Of a DNA stretch of 64,000 nucleotides, positions 19,748 through 29,795 are shown piece after piece; the stretch's first letter is position 1; the number at the start of each line of letters is the position of its first letter. This DNA is from Nitrospirota bacterium (GTDB lineage: Bacteria; Nitrospirota; Nitrospiria; Nitrospirales; Nitrospiraceae), in contig CAVPBK010000009.1 in NCBI GenBank assembly GCA_963701855.1, positions 192,001 to 256,000 on the forward strand. Direction: 5' to 3'. The position numbers and the translations under genes were made by a program. The notes beneath the pieces are model-generated. The model did no database searches. It saw only the letters and a program-made list of their open reading frames with translations, and was not told the DNA's origin.

Positions 19748-21778
19748 ATGCGGCGTTACAACAAGACTTTCCTCATCGTCGTTTTCTCTTGCCTATTCCT
19801 CCCTGGCTCCCCTTCTGTTGCGCCAGAGACCGAGCAGGCGCATGCCGGTCCTCAAGAACGGACACCGATCATGGTCAATGTTTGGGAGAACTTGGAACGA
19901 TTGCTCTCGGAGGAGGATACAGATGGTGACAAGAAAATCACGATTAACGATACGCATATGAAAGGCAAGGGCCGCGGCGATAAGCAGTTTTGGCTCATCG
20001 CCACGAACGGAAAGCGCTACGAAATTTATCGCACCTATTATTTGTCCAACCTGCTTCAGGAGCTGCGTTCGAAGCAACGAGCCGGCTTAGAAATCGCTCC
20101 GATCGATTTTGAGATGGTCTTCGAAGAACCCGTGCGCCGAATCTCGCGCCTAATCAGGGATCTCTATTGGACTACTCTGACAAGAAGGATCGATCAGGAC
20201 GGCATTGACCGCCTGTTGAATGATGAGAAAATCTCCACGGGTGGTGTTCGCTACCTGTATGTCCCGGAAGGTGACCCGGAGGCGTTGCGGTACTTTTCGG
20301 AGCTCGCGCAACAGCGTCCAGAATTGAAGTTGCGCGTCGAACCGTTGCCGACCACGGTTACTCCTCAATATGCTCGTGGCCTTGAAGGCAAGCATGGACT
20401 CCTGAGCCTTGGCTTGATCCGGACGGCAAGCGGGACCTATGCCGGCGTCCCCTTCATTGTCCCCGGTGGCCGGTTCAACGAAATGTACGGGTGGGACAGT
20501 TACTTTCATGTCCTTGGGTTGCTGGAGGATAACAGAATCGACCTGGCCAAGGCCCTCACGGAAAACCTGGTCTATGAAATCGCCCATTACGGGAAGATTT
20601 TGAACGGGAACCGCACCTATTACCTGACGAGGTCGCAGCCGCCGTTTCTGACCTCCATGGGGTTAGCGGTCTATGAGCATCTGCCTAAGAATGACAAGGC
20701 ACAAACGTGGCTTGCGCGGGTGTTTCGTGCGGCGATCGAGGAATACTACACCGTGTGGATGAGCAACCCGCATCTGACCGACACTGGACTCAGCCGCTTT
20801 TACGGCGAGGGGCTTGGTCCTTCTCCGGAGGTTGAAACGGGACATTTTGATGCGATTTACAGGCCCTATGCGGAGGAGCGCAAGTTGGATGTCCGGACAT
20901 TCGAGGGGAAATACAAAGCGGGCGAGTTCACGATTCCAACACTCGATAGATTCTTCGTTCACGACCGGTGTGTTCGAGAGTCAGGGCACGACACGACTTA
21001 TCGCTGGGACTGGCAGGGGGATCGCTGCGCGGATTTTGTGACCGTTGATCTCAATTCTCTGCTGTATAAAACGGAAGTCGATATCGCGCGAACCATCGAG
21101 ACTATATTTGGTGGAACGCTCAAGTTGGAGAATGGGTCGGAGGAGACGAGCGCGGCATGGTATGCCCGTGCGAAGAGCCGGAAAGAGCTGATCACCCGAC
21201 TTCTTTGGGATAACGAAGCGGGCACGTTCTTCGATTACGATTTTGTGAACAGGAAGCGGAACGGGTTCCTCAGCGCGACTACCTTCTATCCGTTGTGGGC
21301 AAAGGTGGCAACGGCGGAACAAGCGGAGTTGCTGGTCCGCTATGCACTTCCGTTACTGGAGATGCCAGGCGGGCTTGCCGGGTCGTCAGAGAAGTCGAGA
21401 GGGGCCATCTCGGAGAGGCGGCCATCCAGGCAATGGGATTACCCATACGGGTGGGCGCCACATCAGATGATGGCCTGGACTGGATTGTTGAACTATGGAT
21501 ATGAGGACGTAGCGCAGCGGCTGAGCTACCGCTGGCTGTATACCATTACGAGGAATGCGGTTGATTATAACGGGACCGTACCGGAGAAGCTGGATGTCGC
21601 CAAACGCTCTCTCGAGGTCTTTGCCGAATACGGCAATGTGGGAACCGACTTCGAATACATGTCCACGGAAGGATTCGGCTGGACGAATGCGTCATACCAG
21701 GTGGGGCTCAAATATCTGTCGCCGGACTTGCGCGCACGATTAACTGGTCTTGTCCCTCCCGAGTGGCTCTTTGAATAG
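19748..21778 (+). CDS. Alpha,alpha-trehalase (GH37, neutral-trehalase type) with N-terminal Ca-binding motif
   Basis: PGGRFNEMYGWDSY, RSQPP, ESGHD, QWDYPYGWAPHQ, EGFGWTN; EEDTDGDKKITIND; RBS GAGGA before ATG 19748. Confidence 0.92.
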   Translation: MRRYNKTFLIVVFSCLFLPGSPSVAPETEQAHAGPQERTPIMVNVWENLERLLSEEDTDGDKKITINDTHMKGKGRGDKQFWLIATNGKRYEIYRTYYLSNLLQELRSKQRAGLEIAPIDFEMVFEEPVRRISRLIRDLYWTTLTRRIDQDGIDRLLNDEKISTGGVRYLYVPEGDPEALRYFSELAQQRPELKLRVEPLPTTVTPQYARGLEGKHGLLSLGLIRTASGTYAGVPFIVPGGRFNEMYGWDSYFHVLGLLEDNRIDLAKALTENLVYEIAHYGKILNGNRTYYLTRSQPPFLTSMGLAVYEHLPKNDKAQTWLARVFRAAIEEYYTVWMSNPHLTDTGLSRFYGEGLGPSPEVETGHFDAIYRPYAEERKLDVRTFEGKYKAGEFTIPTLDRFFVHDRCVRESGHDTTYRWDWQGDRCADFVTVDLNSLLYKTEVDIARTIETIFGGTLKLENGSEETSAAWYARAKSRKELITRLLWDNEAGTFFDYDFVNRKRNGFLSATTFYPLWAKVATAEQAELLVRYALPLLEMPGGLAGSSEKSRGAISERRPSRQWDYPYGWAPHQMMAWTGLLNYGYEDVAQRLSYRWLYTITRNAVDYNGTVPEKLDVAKRSLEVFAEYGNVGTDFEYMSTEGFGWTNASYQVGLKYLSPDLRARLTGLVPPEWLFE

Positions 21779-22067
21779 CATCGTGCGGTCAAGCTCGTTG
21801 AGACATGACGAAGCGTTCGATGCAGGAGGAGTCGGTGCGTGACCTTGGAATGGGATGCTCCGGCGGGGTAGCCCGTGAGGGAGGGGCGGCGGAGGCGCTC
21901 GTTCCTCGACGGCGGCGGAATTGGCTGTTCCGGCCTCGAAGTCATAGGAACTTTCCTGCTTTACGCATCACCTCCGGTTTAGCCGCAGTGATTCTGCCCA
22001 TTGTGTAAATTCACAGTCATGTGGCGAGGGAGGGGATTTCAATTTCCACATCATCACTCTTTGAGCC

Positions 22068-22352
22068 TGCTACCACGCTGCTACCGGAACACCCTGACCC
22101 AGGCTCATTCGGCACAACATCGATTGCTCCGATTCCTTGTGTTTCTGCTCTGATACATGCTCCTGGGTCTGCTGAGTTTGGTCAACAGGGTATCTCTTTA
22201 TCAGCGGCTCACGTAGGCAAGCCATGTGGGAATCTCCCGGTTGTTGAAATTGATGTAGCTGAGCGACCACATCGTAAACTAAAAGACCGGACGAAGTGAT
22301 CACTGCATGACCATGACTTGAAAATATGAGAGGATAATGAGCGTGTGCTAAT
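22068..22352 (+). repeat. Diverged ~285-bp repeat, copy 1 (copy 2 at 41844-42129); att-arm-like
   Basis: Colinear alignment by eye from TGCTACCACxCTGCTACC to TGTGCTAAT. Confidence 0.85.
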
Positions 22353-22605
22353 GAAATGGATCCCGTCTTCTTCCCAGACGAGTCTCACACGAGGCACAAT
22401 GGGTGGTGTTGCGCGTGCAACCCACACTCATCGTGAGGAAGATAAGGAGGGGGCTGTTATGCACATCACGGCATTAGGAATTGATGTGGCGAAGAACGTG
22501 TTTCAGTTACACGGGGTAGATGCACGAGGGCGTGTGGTGCTCAGTCAACGCGTGAAGCGCGATCAGTTGTTCCACACCGTGGCGAGTCTGCCGCCCTGCA
22601 TTCTC
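22350..22605 (+). mobile_element. Truncated IS110-family (IS1111-type) element: left end plus transposase N-terminus
   Basis: AATGAAATGGATCC left end; ATG 22459 MHITALGIDVAKNVFQLHGVD...LPPCIL (start of DEDD domain), then similarity is lost. Confidence 0.85.
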
Positions 22606-22911
22606 GCCACATTACTACAAAAACGGCGCAACACGCGTCGGCACTTCCAGGTCTATCTGATCGACGTAACACCAGGCCCACCGTTCGTCTTCACGCAGCC
22701 GAGCGTCGAGGCGCGAGAAATTGCCCCGTGGACCGAAGGCGGGCAAACATGGCGACGACTTGACCAGCTCATCGAACACCCCAGCGCACACCACCGATAA
22801 ATCGGCATTGACACGCTAAAGTTACAGTCGCGATACTGAAGCGTCAACCGAGCCTAGAGTAAGTGATCCTGTATATGCCGATGCTGTTCTTCCTCAAAGG
22901 TTAGCTACTTT

Positions 22912-24996
22912 ATGAACAATCCTCTGGAGAGTCACACCATACGGCGCGTGATGGTCGGCACCGACCGCTCCGAACCTGCCGACCGAGCCGTCCACTGGGC
23001 CGCCAGGTTTGCCGACCGCTACGACGCAAAGCTGTTCATCGTACAGGTGGTGGTACCGCAGTATCCATCCACCACAGAATTCGGCGCAGCCGAGCAAACA
23101 CGCGTTACTACCGCCAACAATGAACTGGCACACTTCGCGCGGCAGATCGCCGGAGAGCGCGGTCATGCCCTGGTCGTCGTTGATGCCGATCCGGCATTGG
23201 CGATCGTCCGGGCCGTCGAGCAGGAAGCCATCGATGTCCTGGTGGTCGGCAATTTTGGCATGGCGGGTCGAAAGGAGTTTTTGCTTGGCAACGTACCGAA
23301 CCGCATCAGTCACAATGCCCGCTGCACCGTGATTATCGTGAACACCGTGGCCTCTACCGTTGAGCAGGTTTCAGACTCGGTACAAGATCACCGACCGAAG
23401 GGTGACACTCCGTCTTTTGCGCCTCGGCTGGCTGCACGTGCGACGGAAATCGCCACTGTGATGGCTAAACATGGCCTCACAGAGCTGTTCGGCCAATCCG
23501 ACGAACCGGATACGACCATCCGCCGTCAGCAGGCCAAGCGTTTACGCACGGCCCTCGAAGAGCTGGGTCCGACCTTCTCAAAAATCGGGCAAGTGTTATC
23601 AACCCGCCCGGATCTCCTTCCAGTCGAGTACATGGAGGAACTTGCCCTGTTGCAGAGCCATGTGCCGCCCATGACTGAGCACGACGTGGTTCGGGTTTCA
23701 GAGCAGGAATTGGGCGTACCCTGGGAGGACGTATTCAAGTCGATCGACCCGAAGCCCCTCGCGGCCGGCACGATTGCTCAGGTCCACCGTGCGACACTCG
23801 AAAACGGCGATCGGGTCGTCGTCAAGGTGCAGCGTCCCACCGCTCGTGCTGAAATCGAACAGGATCTCGCCCTGCTCGAGGTGTTTGCCGAGAAAGTGGG
23901 AAAGCGTCCCGCCCTCAATCAGGTGATCGATATGGAGGCCGTGTTCAAGCACCTCTCCACCTCGCTCCACCGTGAGCTCGACTTCCGTCAGGAAGCCGAC
24001 AACATCGGGCGAATGCAGGCAGTGCTCGCAGGCTACGATCGCCTGGCCGTACCCAGCGTGTACCGGAATCTCTCCACATCCCGGTTATTGGTGATGGAAG
24101 AGATCCAGGGCATACCGATCAAGCAGGCCCCGGCTGGTCCAGAGCGCATCCAGGCCGCCCGTCAACTGCTGGAGAGCTACTACAAACAGATCATCGTCGA
24201 TGGGTTTTTCCATGCCGATCCCCACCCAGGCAACCTGATGTGGTGGAAGAACCGCGTCTACTTTCTCGATTTCGGGATGGTCGGCGTGGTCGGCGCCGAC
24301 TTCCGTGAGCATCTGTTGTTATTGTTAATGGCCCTATGGCAGGAAGATGCCGCGTTTGTCACCGAAGTTACACTGATGATGACGGGTGCCATCGATCGCG
24401 GCGATCTCGATGTGCCTGGATTCCAAAGCGAGATCGGAGACGTGATGGCGAAATATCGAACGGCCGCGCTGTCCGAGATGCAGATCGGACCCATTCTGCA
24501 AGAAATGAGCGCGGTCTCATTACGGCATGGGGTTCCGCTACCGGCCTCGCTCACGCTCGCCATCAAGGCCCTCGCACAGGTACAACTGGCGACCGCCGAG
24601 CTCGATCCAGCACTCGACCCGTATGACGTAGCCGGCAAGTTCTTGACGCGCTGGCTGGTCAAGCGCATGGGTGCGACGCTCGATCCAAAGACACTCGTAT
24701 ATCAAGCGCAAAAGTTTAAAGTACGGGCCCTGCGCGTGATCGAGGCGGTCGAACACCTCATCGGTGCCAGCCCTGGCCAAAAGCTTGTGGTGAACTTCCA
24801 GGCCAATTCGCTGGAGGATATCGTGCGCCACACGGGGCGGCGCCTGGCGCTCGGCCTGACCGCTGCGGCAAGTGTGCTGGCCAGCGGGCTCACAGTCATG
24901 GCGGTGGGTGTGGCCGAGTGGGTGCCGATCACATTCGGGGTCGTCGCCGGTCTATTGACCGTTGGCCTGGTGATCGATCTGTTGCGAGGGCGTTGA
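22912..24996 (+). CDS. Universal stress protein domain fused to ABC1/UbiB (AarF) atypical kinase
   Basis: N-term VMVGTDRS...LVVGNFG...LLGNVPNRISHNARCTV (USP); LGPTFSKIGQ, VVKVQRP, HADPHPGN, DFGMVG; C-terminal TM helices. Confidence 0.92.
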   Translation: MNNPLESHTIRRVMVGTDRSEPADRAVHWAARFADRYDAKLFIVQVVVPQYPSTTEFGAAEQTRVTTANNELAHFARQIAGERGHALVVVDADPALAIVRAVEQEAIDVLVVGNFGMAGRKEFLLGNVPNRISHNARCTVIIVNTVASTVEQVSDSVQDHRPKGDTPSFAPRLAARATEIATVMAKHGLTELFGQSDEPDTTIRRQQAKRLRTALEELGPTFSKIGQVLSTRPDLLPVEYMEELALLQSHVPPMTEHDVVRVSEQELGVPWEDVFKSIDPKPLAAGTIAQVHRATLENGDRVVVKVQRPTARAEIEQDLALLEVFAEKVGKRPALNQVIDMEAVFKHLSTSLHRELDFRQEADNIGRMQAVLAGYDRLAVPSVYRNLSTSRLLVMEEIQGIPIKQAPAGPERIQAARQLLESYYKQIIVDGFFHADPHPGNLMWWKNRVYFLDFGMVGVVGADFREHLLLLLMALWQEDAAFVTEVTLMMTGAIDRGDLDVPGFQSEIGDVMAKYRTAALSEMQIGPILQEMSAVSLRHGVPLPASLTLAIKALAQVQLATAELDPALDPYDVAGKFLTRWLVKRMGATLDPKTLVYQAQKFKVRALRVIEAVEHLIGASPGQKLVVNFQANSLEDIVRHTGRRLALGLTAAASVLASGLTVMAVGVAEWVPITFGVVAGLLTVGLVIDLLRGR

Positions 24997-25297
24997 CGAT
25001 GACAATGGGTTATGAGGCCGTTCGGTCCCGCAACGAAGATTTCGCGCTACTGCACCGGATTGAACGCAACACGGCTTTCTCGAGCAGGTATGCCATGACC
25101 GTCATCGCCAGGCCGACCAGCCAGCGCTCTCCTTGTTGCATAAAAGGCCGTTTATGGATTGTATCCGTGGAAGGGCTATTCATCATACGTGTTTCATGGT
25201 TTGAAGGATTACTTTCCGCAATGAGTACCTTATTACACGTAGAGCAGTTAAACTTATCCGACTCACGCCTGAATATCTACCATCGACTGTATCCAAT

Positions 25298-28200
25298 ATG
25301 AATGATCGTGTATCAGCGTGGCTGGAAAACCTTGGTCTCGGGAGATACTCTGAGGCGTTTCAGCAAAATGCGATCACGTGGGACGTGCTACCCGAGCTGA
25401 AAGAGAGCGACCTAGAGGCGCTGGGTGTCTTACTAGGACATCGAAAAATACTCTTACGCACGATCGCGCACATATTACAGCCCGCTGAAGGTATGGGCCC
25501 TGGGTCTCTACCTATCGCCGTCAATCCGGACACGCAGCCATTCCCTCCCGAACGCGATCAAGCTGAGCGTCGCCAGTTGACGGTGATGTTTTGTGATCTT
25601 GTGGATTCGACCGCCCTGTCTCGCCGGTTGGACCCTGAAGACCTTCAGGATGTGATCCGACGTTTTTTAGACGCCTGTAGCCAAACCATTGGTCGATTCA
25701 ACGGCTATATCGCCAAATACATGGGTGATGGGATGTTGGTCTATTTTGGGTACCCCCAGGCCCATGAACACGATGCGGAACGCGCGGTACATGCCGGACT
25801 GGCTCTTCTGGATACGGTGAAAACGCTTCATCACGACAATCCCTATCCAGAGCTTCGTATTGCGGCACGAATCGGGATCGCGACGGGTCAGGTCGTCGTC
25901 GGCGAGCTCATGGGGCAGGACACCGCCAAAGAACGGTCAGTGTTCGGCGAAACCCCGAATCTTGCCGCGCGCCTTCAAGCTCTGGCACAACCCAATCAGT
26001 TAATCATTGACCCGGTGACGAAACGTCATATCGGCAATGCATTCGATGTCGTGGATCTTGGCGCCTTCTCTCTGAAAGGATTCGATAGTCCCATCCAAGC
26101 CTGGCAGGTGCTGGGTAGCAAGTCGTCGACCAGCCGGTTTGAGTCCTATCATGTCATCCAACTCACCAATTTCGTCGGCAGAGAACAGGAGATTGCACTC
26201 TTGCTGGGCCGCTGGCGCGAAGCCATCGACGGTGAAGGACAGGTCGTGCTCCTGTCCGGTGAGGCTGGCATCGGTAAATCGAGAATAGTCCATACTCTGG
26301 GCGACCGCCTCGCCGATGCGCGGTACCAGACGATTCAATTTCAATGTTCTCCCTACCATACCAATACGGCGTTCTACCCGGCGATCAATTTTCTGCGAGA
26401 AGCCGCGGGCCTGACGAGTCAGGACAGTGCGGAGGCGCAACTGAACAAGCTCGACGCCCTGGCTCGCGGGAGCGGAATCGATACGCAGGACACGGTGTCA
26501 TTGCTTGTGGACCTGCTCTCGATCCGAGGAGATGACCGGTACCAGACGGTTAATGTGTCATCCGAAAAACGCAAGGACATGACGTTGGAAGCACTCGTGC
26601 AGTATCTCCAAGGGCTGGCCGATCGCTGCCCAGTGGTGTTCATTGTGGAAGATGCCCATTGGCTTGATCCCACGACGCTGGACCTCCTGACGCGAATCAT
26701 CGACCGCATCCGGCAAATGCGCGTATTGTTGCTGATTACATTTCGACCTGACTTCAAGCCGGTGTGGGCGGAATATAGTCACGTGACGTTTCTCACGCTC
26801 AGTCAACTTCCCCGTCGGCAGAGCGCCGAACTGGTGACGGCAATGACCAGAGGAAAAAGTCTTCCGCCCGCGGTACAGCAGGCAATTCTGGCGAAAACCG
26901 ATGGCGTGCCTCTCTATATCGAAGCATTGACGGAAAACGTACTGGAATCCGGCCTGCTGACTGAGGGACACGAGTCATATACCTTGAAGGGCCCATTAAA
27001 GGAATTGCCCATCCCAGACAGTCTGCACGCGTTACTCATGGAACGGGTGGACCGATTGGGAGCAGCCAAGGAAATTGTCCAAACCGGAGCCGCGATAGGG
27101 CGTGAATTCACCTACGAGCTGTTGCAGGCCACACTCGCAGTGCCGGACAGCCAGCTGAAGAATGCACTCGACCATTTCGTTGCCTCAGGGCTCATTTCCC
27201 AAGAGGGCGAGATACCCCTTGCGAAATACCACTTTAAGCACGTTCTGGTCCAAGAAGCGGCCTACAGCACACTACCCAAGAAACCCCGGCGTTTGCTACA
27301 TGCGCGAATCGCCAAAGCACTGGAGGGTCGTTTTGCCGAGCGTATAACAATGGAACCGGAACTCTTGGCCTTTCACTATGAACAGGCAGGACTCGCCGGG
27401 CCAGCGGTTGAGTATTGGTTTCGTGCGGCTCGGAGAGATGCGGAACGCTCCGCCACTATCGAAGCGCTCAATCATTTTGGCCGGGCGCTCGACATGCTCA
27501 AGGATTTACCACAGGGCTCAGAACGCGATGCCGTGGAACTGGAACTCCTCATCGCACGCGGAGCCCCCTTGGTGACTGTGAAAGGCTATGCATCTGACGA
27601 GATCGAGCGCAATTATCGAAGGGCGAAGGAGTTATCACAGGAGCACAGCGATTCCGTCCATCACTTTCTTGCCATTTGGGGACTCTGGGTCTTTCATCTC
27701 GTCAGAGGGCAGCTCGCCATGGCTCGCGACCTTGCGGAAAATCTCCTCTCTCTGGCTACCCGCGAGCAAAACCCAGATCTGCTGATTCGCGCTCGCGAGA
27801 GTTTGGGCTCGACGTATTTCTTCCTGGGCCGGTTTGACGACGCAAAAACCCATCTGGTCCCTGCAACATTCTTGAATGATCCGGATCAGCGGCGCTCACC
27901 TGCCATGCCCTACACCCAAGATCCTGGCATCACCGCGAGGATCACACTGGCCTGGACGTTATGGGCATTAGGTGAGGTTGATCGGGTGGAACCGCTGGCG
28001 CTAGAGGCTCTTGCTAAGGCCAGAGAATTGGATCACCCATTCACCCTGGCGTTTACCTTGGCGTCTCTTTCTTGGATCTATTCCACGCTCCGAAACGCGA
28101 AGAAAACGCTGGACCTCACCGGTGAAGCCATTGCGCTTTCCACAAAATACTCATTTGAATTAGGCTTGGCATGGGCGACGTCCTCTCACGGCTGGGCACT

Positions 28201-28690
28201 GGCCGAACAGGGGAAAGAAGACGGTCTCGGCACCTTAATCAACGGGCTTTCCGCGACTCGGGTTACCGGCGCGAATCTCAACAACACGCATACATTGGCA
28301 TTGCTTGCAGAAATCTATTTGCGGCTCAATCGCATTGACGAAGGCTTGAGCACAATCGATGACGCGTTGAAGCTCGCCGTTGCCGGGGGAGAACGGTTTC
28401 GGCACGCGGAACTGCTCCGACTGAAAGGCGAACTGCTGCTCGGACAATCCGACCCATCAGTCCAAGCAGCAGAACAGTGTTTCTGTGAAGCCCTGAAGAT
28501 TGCGCAAGATCAGCATGCGAAAATGCTTGAACTTCGAGCCGCCACGAGTCTGGCTAAGCTTTGGAGGAAGCTCGATAAATCGGATGAGGCCAAACGTATC
28601 TTACATTCTGTGTACTCCAGATTCACCGAAGGTGTCGACAACCGTGACGTGATTGAAGCGAAAACAGTCCTTCAACAATTGAGTGAATGA
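25298..28690 (+). CDS. SAM domain-class III nucleotide cyclase-STAND/AAA ATPase-TPR protein
   Basis: WLENLGLGRY (SAM); MFCDLVDST, YMGDG, GETPNLAARL (cyclase); GEAGIGKS and IVEDAHW (Walker A/B); TPR tail ELRAATSLA. Confidence 0.93.
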   Translation: MNDRVSAWLENLGLGRYSEAFQQNAITWDVLPELKESDLEALGVLLGHRKILLRTIAHILQPAEGMGPGSLPIAVNPDTQPFPPERDQAERRQLTVMFCDLVDSTALSRRLDPEDLQDVIRRFLDACSQTIGRFNGYIAKYMGDGMLVYFGYPQAHEHDAERAVHAGLALLDTVKTLHHDNPYPELRIAARIGIATGQVVVGELMGQDTAKERSVFGETPNLAARLQALAQPNQLIIDPVTKRHIGNAFDVVDLGAFSLKGFDSPIQAWQVLGSKSSTSRFESYHVIQLTNFVGREQEIALLLGRWREAIDGEGQVVLLSGEAGIGKSRIVHTLGDRLADARYQTIQFQCSPYHTNTAFYPAINFLREAAGLTSQDSAEAQLNKLDALARGSGIDTQDTVSLLVDLLSIRGDDRYQTVNVSSEKRKDMTLEALVQYLQGLADRCPVVFIVEDAHWLDPTTLDLLTRIIDRIRQMRVLLLITFRPDFKPVWAEYSHVTFLTLSQLPRRQSAELVTAMTRGKSLPPAVQQAILAKTDGVPLYIEALTENVLESGLLTEGHESYTLKGPLKELPIPDSLHALLMERVDRLGAAKEIVQTGAAIGREFTYELLQATLAVPDSQLKNALDHFVASGLISQEGEIPLAKYHFKHVLVQEAAYSTLPKKPRRLLHARIAKALEGRFAERITMEPELLAFHYEQAGLAGPAVEYWFRAARRDAERSATIEALNHFGRALDMLKDLPQGSERDAVELELLIARGAPLVTVKGYASDEIERNYRRAKELSQEHSDSVHHFLAIWGLWVFHLVRGQLAMARDLAENLLSLATREQNPDLLIRARESLGSTYFFLGRFDDAKTHLVPATFLNDPDQRRSPAMPYTQDPGITARITLAWTLWALGEVDRVEPLALEALAKARELDHPFTLAFTLASLSWIYSTLRNAKKTLDLTGEAIALSTKYSFELGLAWATSSHGWALAEQGKEDGLGTLINGLSATRVTGANLNNTHTLALLAEIYLRLNRIDEGLSTIDDALKLAVAGGERFRHAELLRLKGELLLGQSDPSVQAAEQCFCEALKIAQDQHAKMLELRAATSLAKLWRKLDKSDEAKRILHSVYSRFTEGVDNRDVIEAKTVLQQLSE

Positions 28691-29072
28691 AGTCGCTACT
28701 GTTGTGACCCAGCCCTCTTACATGGATCTAATCCTATCTAACGGTCTGGCCGAAAGGAGAGGCCGGTCATCCAGGCAAGAGCACTGGCATCATGAGATCC
28801 TGGGCATGCTATCATGCTGATACCGGAACAGCCCAGCCCATCATGGCGATGAGTTCTCCGAATCCTCAGTTTGTTGTTGACTTAGACTTAGACCGTGTTG
28901 GGTTTGCTCAGAAGGAGCTACTCTGAACTCTTAATCCTGCAAAGTACAGCCTCTTCGGCTGGTCGGCCACTCTAGGATTGCTCGCACCAAGGAGTAATCC
29001 TCTGTGTACTGGTTCAACGAATACGTCCGCGCCGACATGGGTCGTCGTGCATACATCGGTTGCTCGTGTGTG

Positions 29073-29440
29073 TCACACCGCCTTCCACAGGTCGATCACT
29101 GTCCCCTCTTCGTTCAGCTCCACCACAATCTGCGATCCTTCCGCGATCGGCTTGCTCTTCACTTCCGACCGCTCCACGGAAACACTTTCTCTCCCTCCGG
29201 AGTGGAGAGTTTGATTTAATTCTTCGCCCTACCGACACGAAGCGATGGAACTGGCTCTTCTCTCCCTTCCGATGGACATCGATTACGGCGTTGTTTTCGT
29301 TGACCTGCATTTCCGCTTCTTCACCGACTTCAAGGTTCTTGGGTGTGACGGAGGAAGCGATCGTCATCGACCCCCAGGAGGTCTTCACAGTAGTGAAGCC
29401 CGATTGCACCTTCGAAACAACACCATTCCAGAAATTAAGT
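29073..29440 (-). pseudogene. Decayed exported protein with repeated OB-like motif
   Basis: GVVSKVQSG...EVGEEAEMQVNENNAVIDV, then IKLSTPEGEK and AEGSQIVVELNEEGTVIDL in other frames, with an internal stop. Confidence 0.45.
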
Positions 29441-29795
29441 GGGGCAGGACACTATTTATTTTGGACCTCTCCGGCGAGTTGACACTACCGTTGCATCTTC
29501 ATGCTATAAGACCAATAATGTCCGATATAGCTTTTTGGTTCCATTAACTGCTGTATGAGGCTGGCTCAGCTCAGGAGATTATCCATGCGAAGGTCTCATT
29601 TCAGTGAATCATCGCTTTTTTACTCCCTCCCGACCTTGAGCAGTAGAAGCTCTGATCCCCTCTTCGCCACCGCACATTTCCCCGACATTCTTATCTTCGT
29701 CCTCGTATGGTTGACTACGCTATGCAACCTTAAAGACGCGACTCTGTTGTGCTCACGGAGCACGAAATCAGGCTATTCCATAAGGAGGCTCAATC

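Noticed and set aside
22021..22303. ORFs inside the 285-bp repeat
   Set aside because: Frames are not preserved in the second copy (stop and indels)
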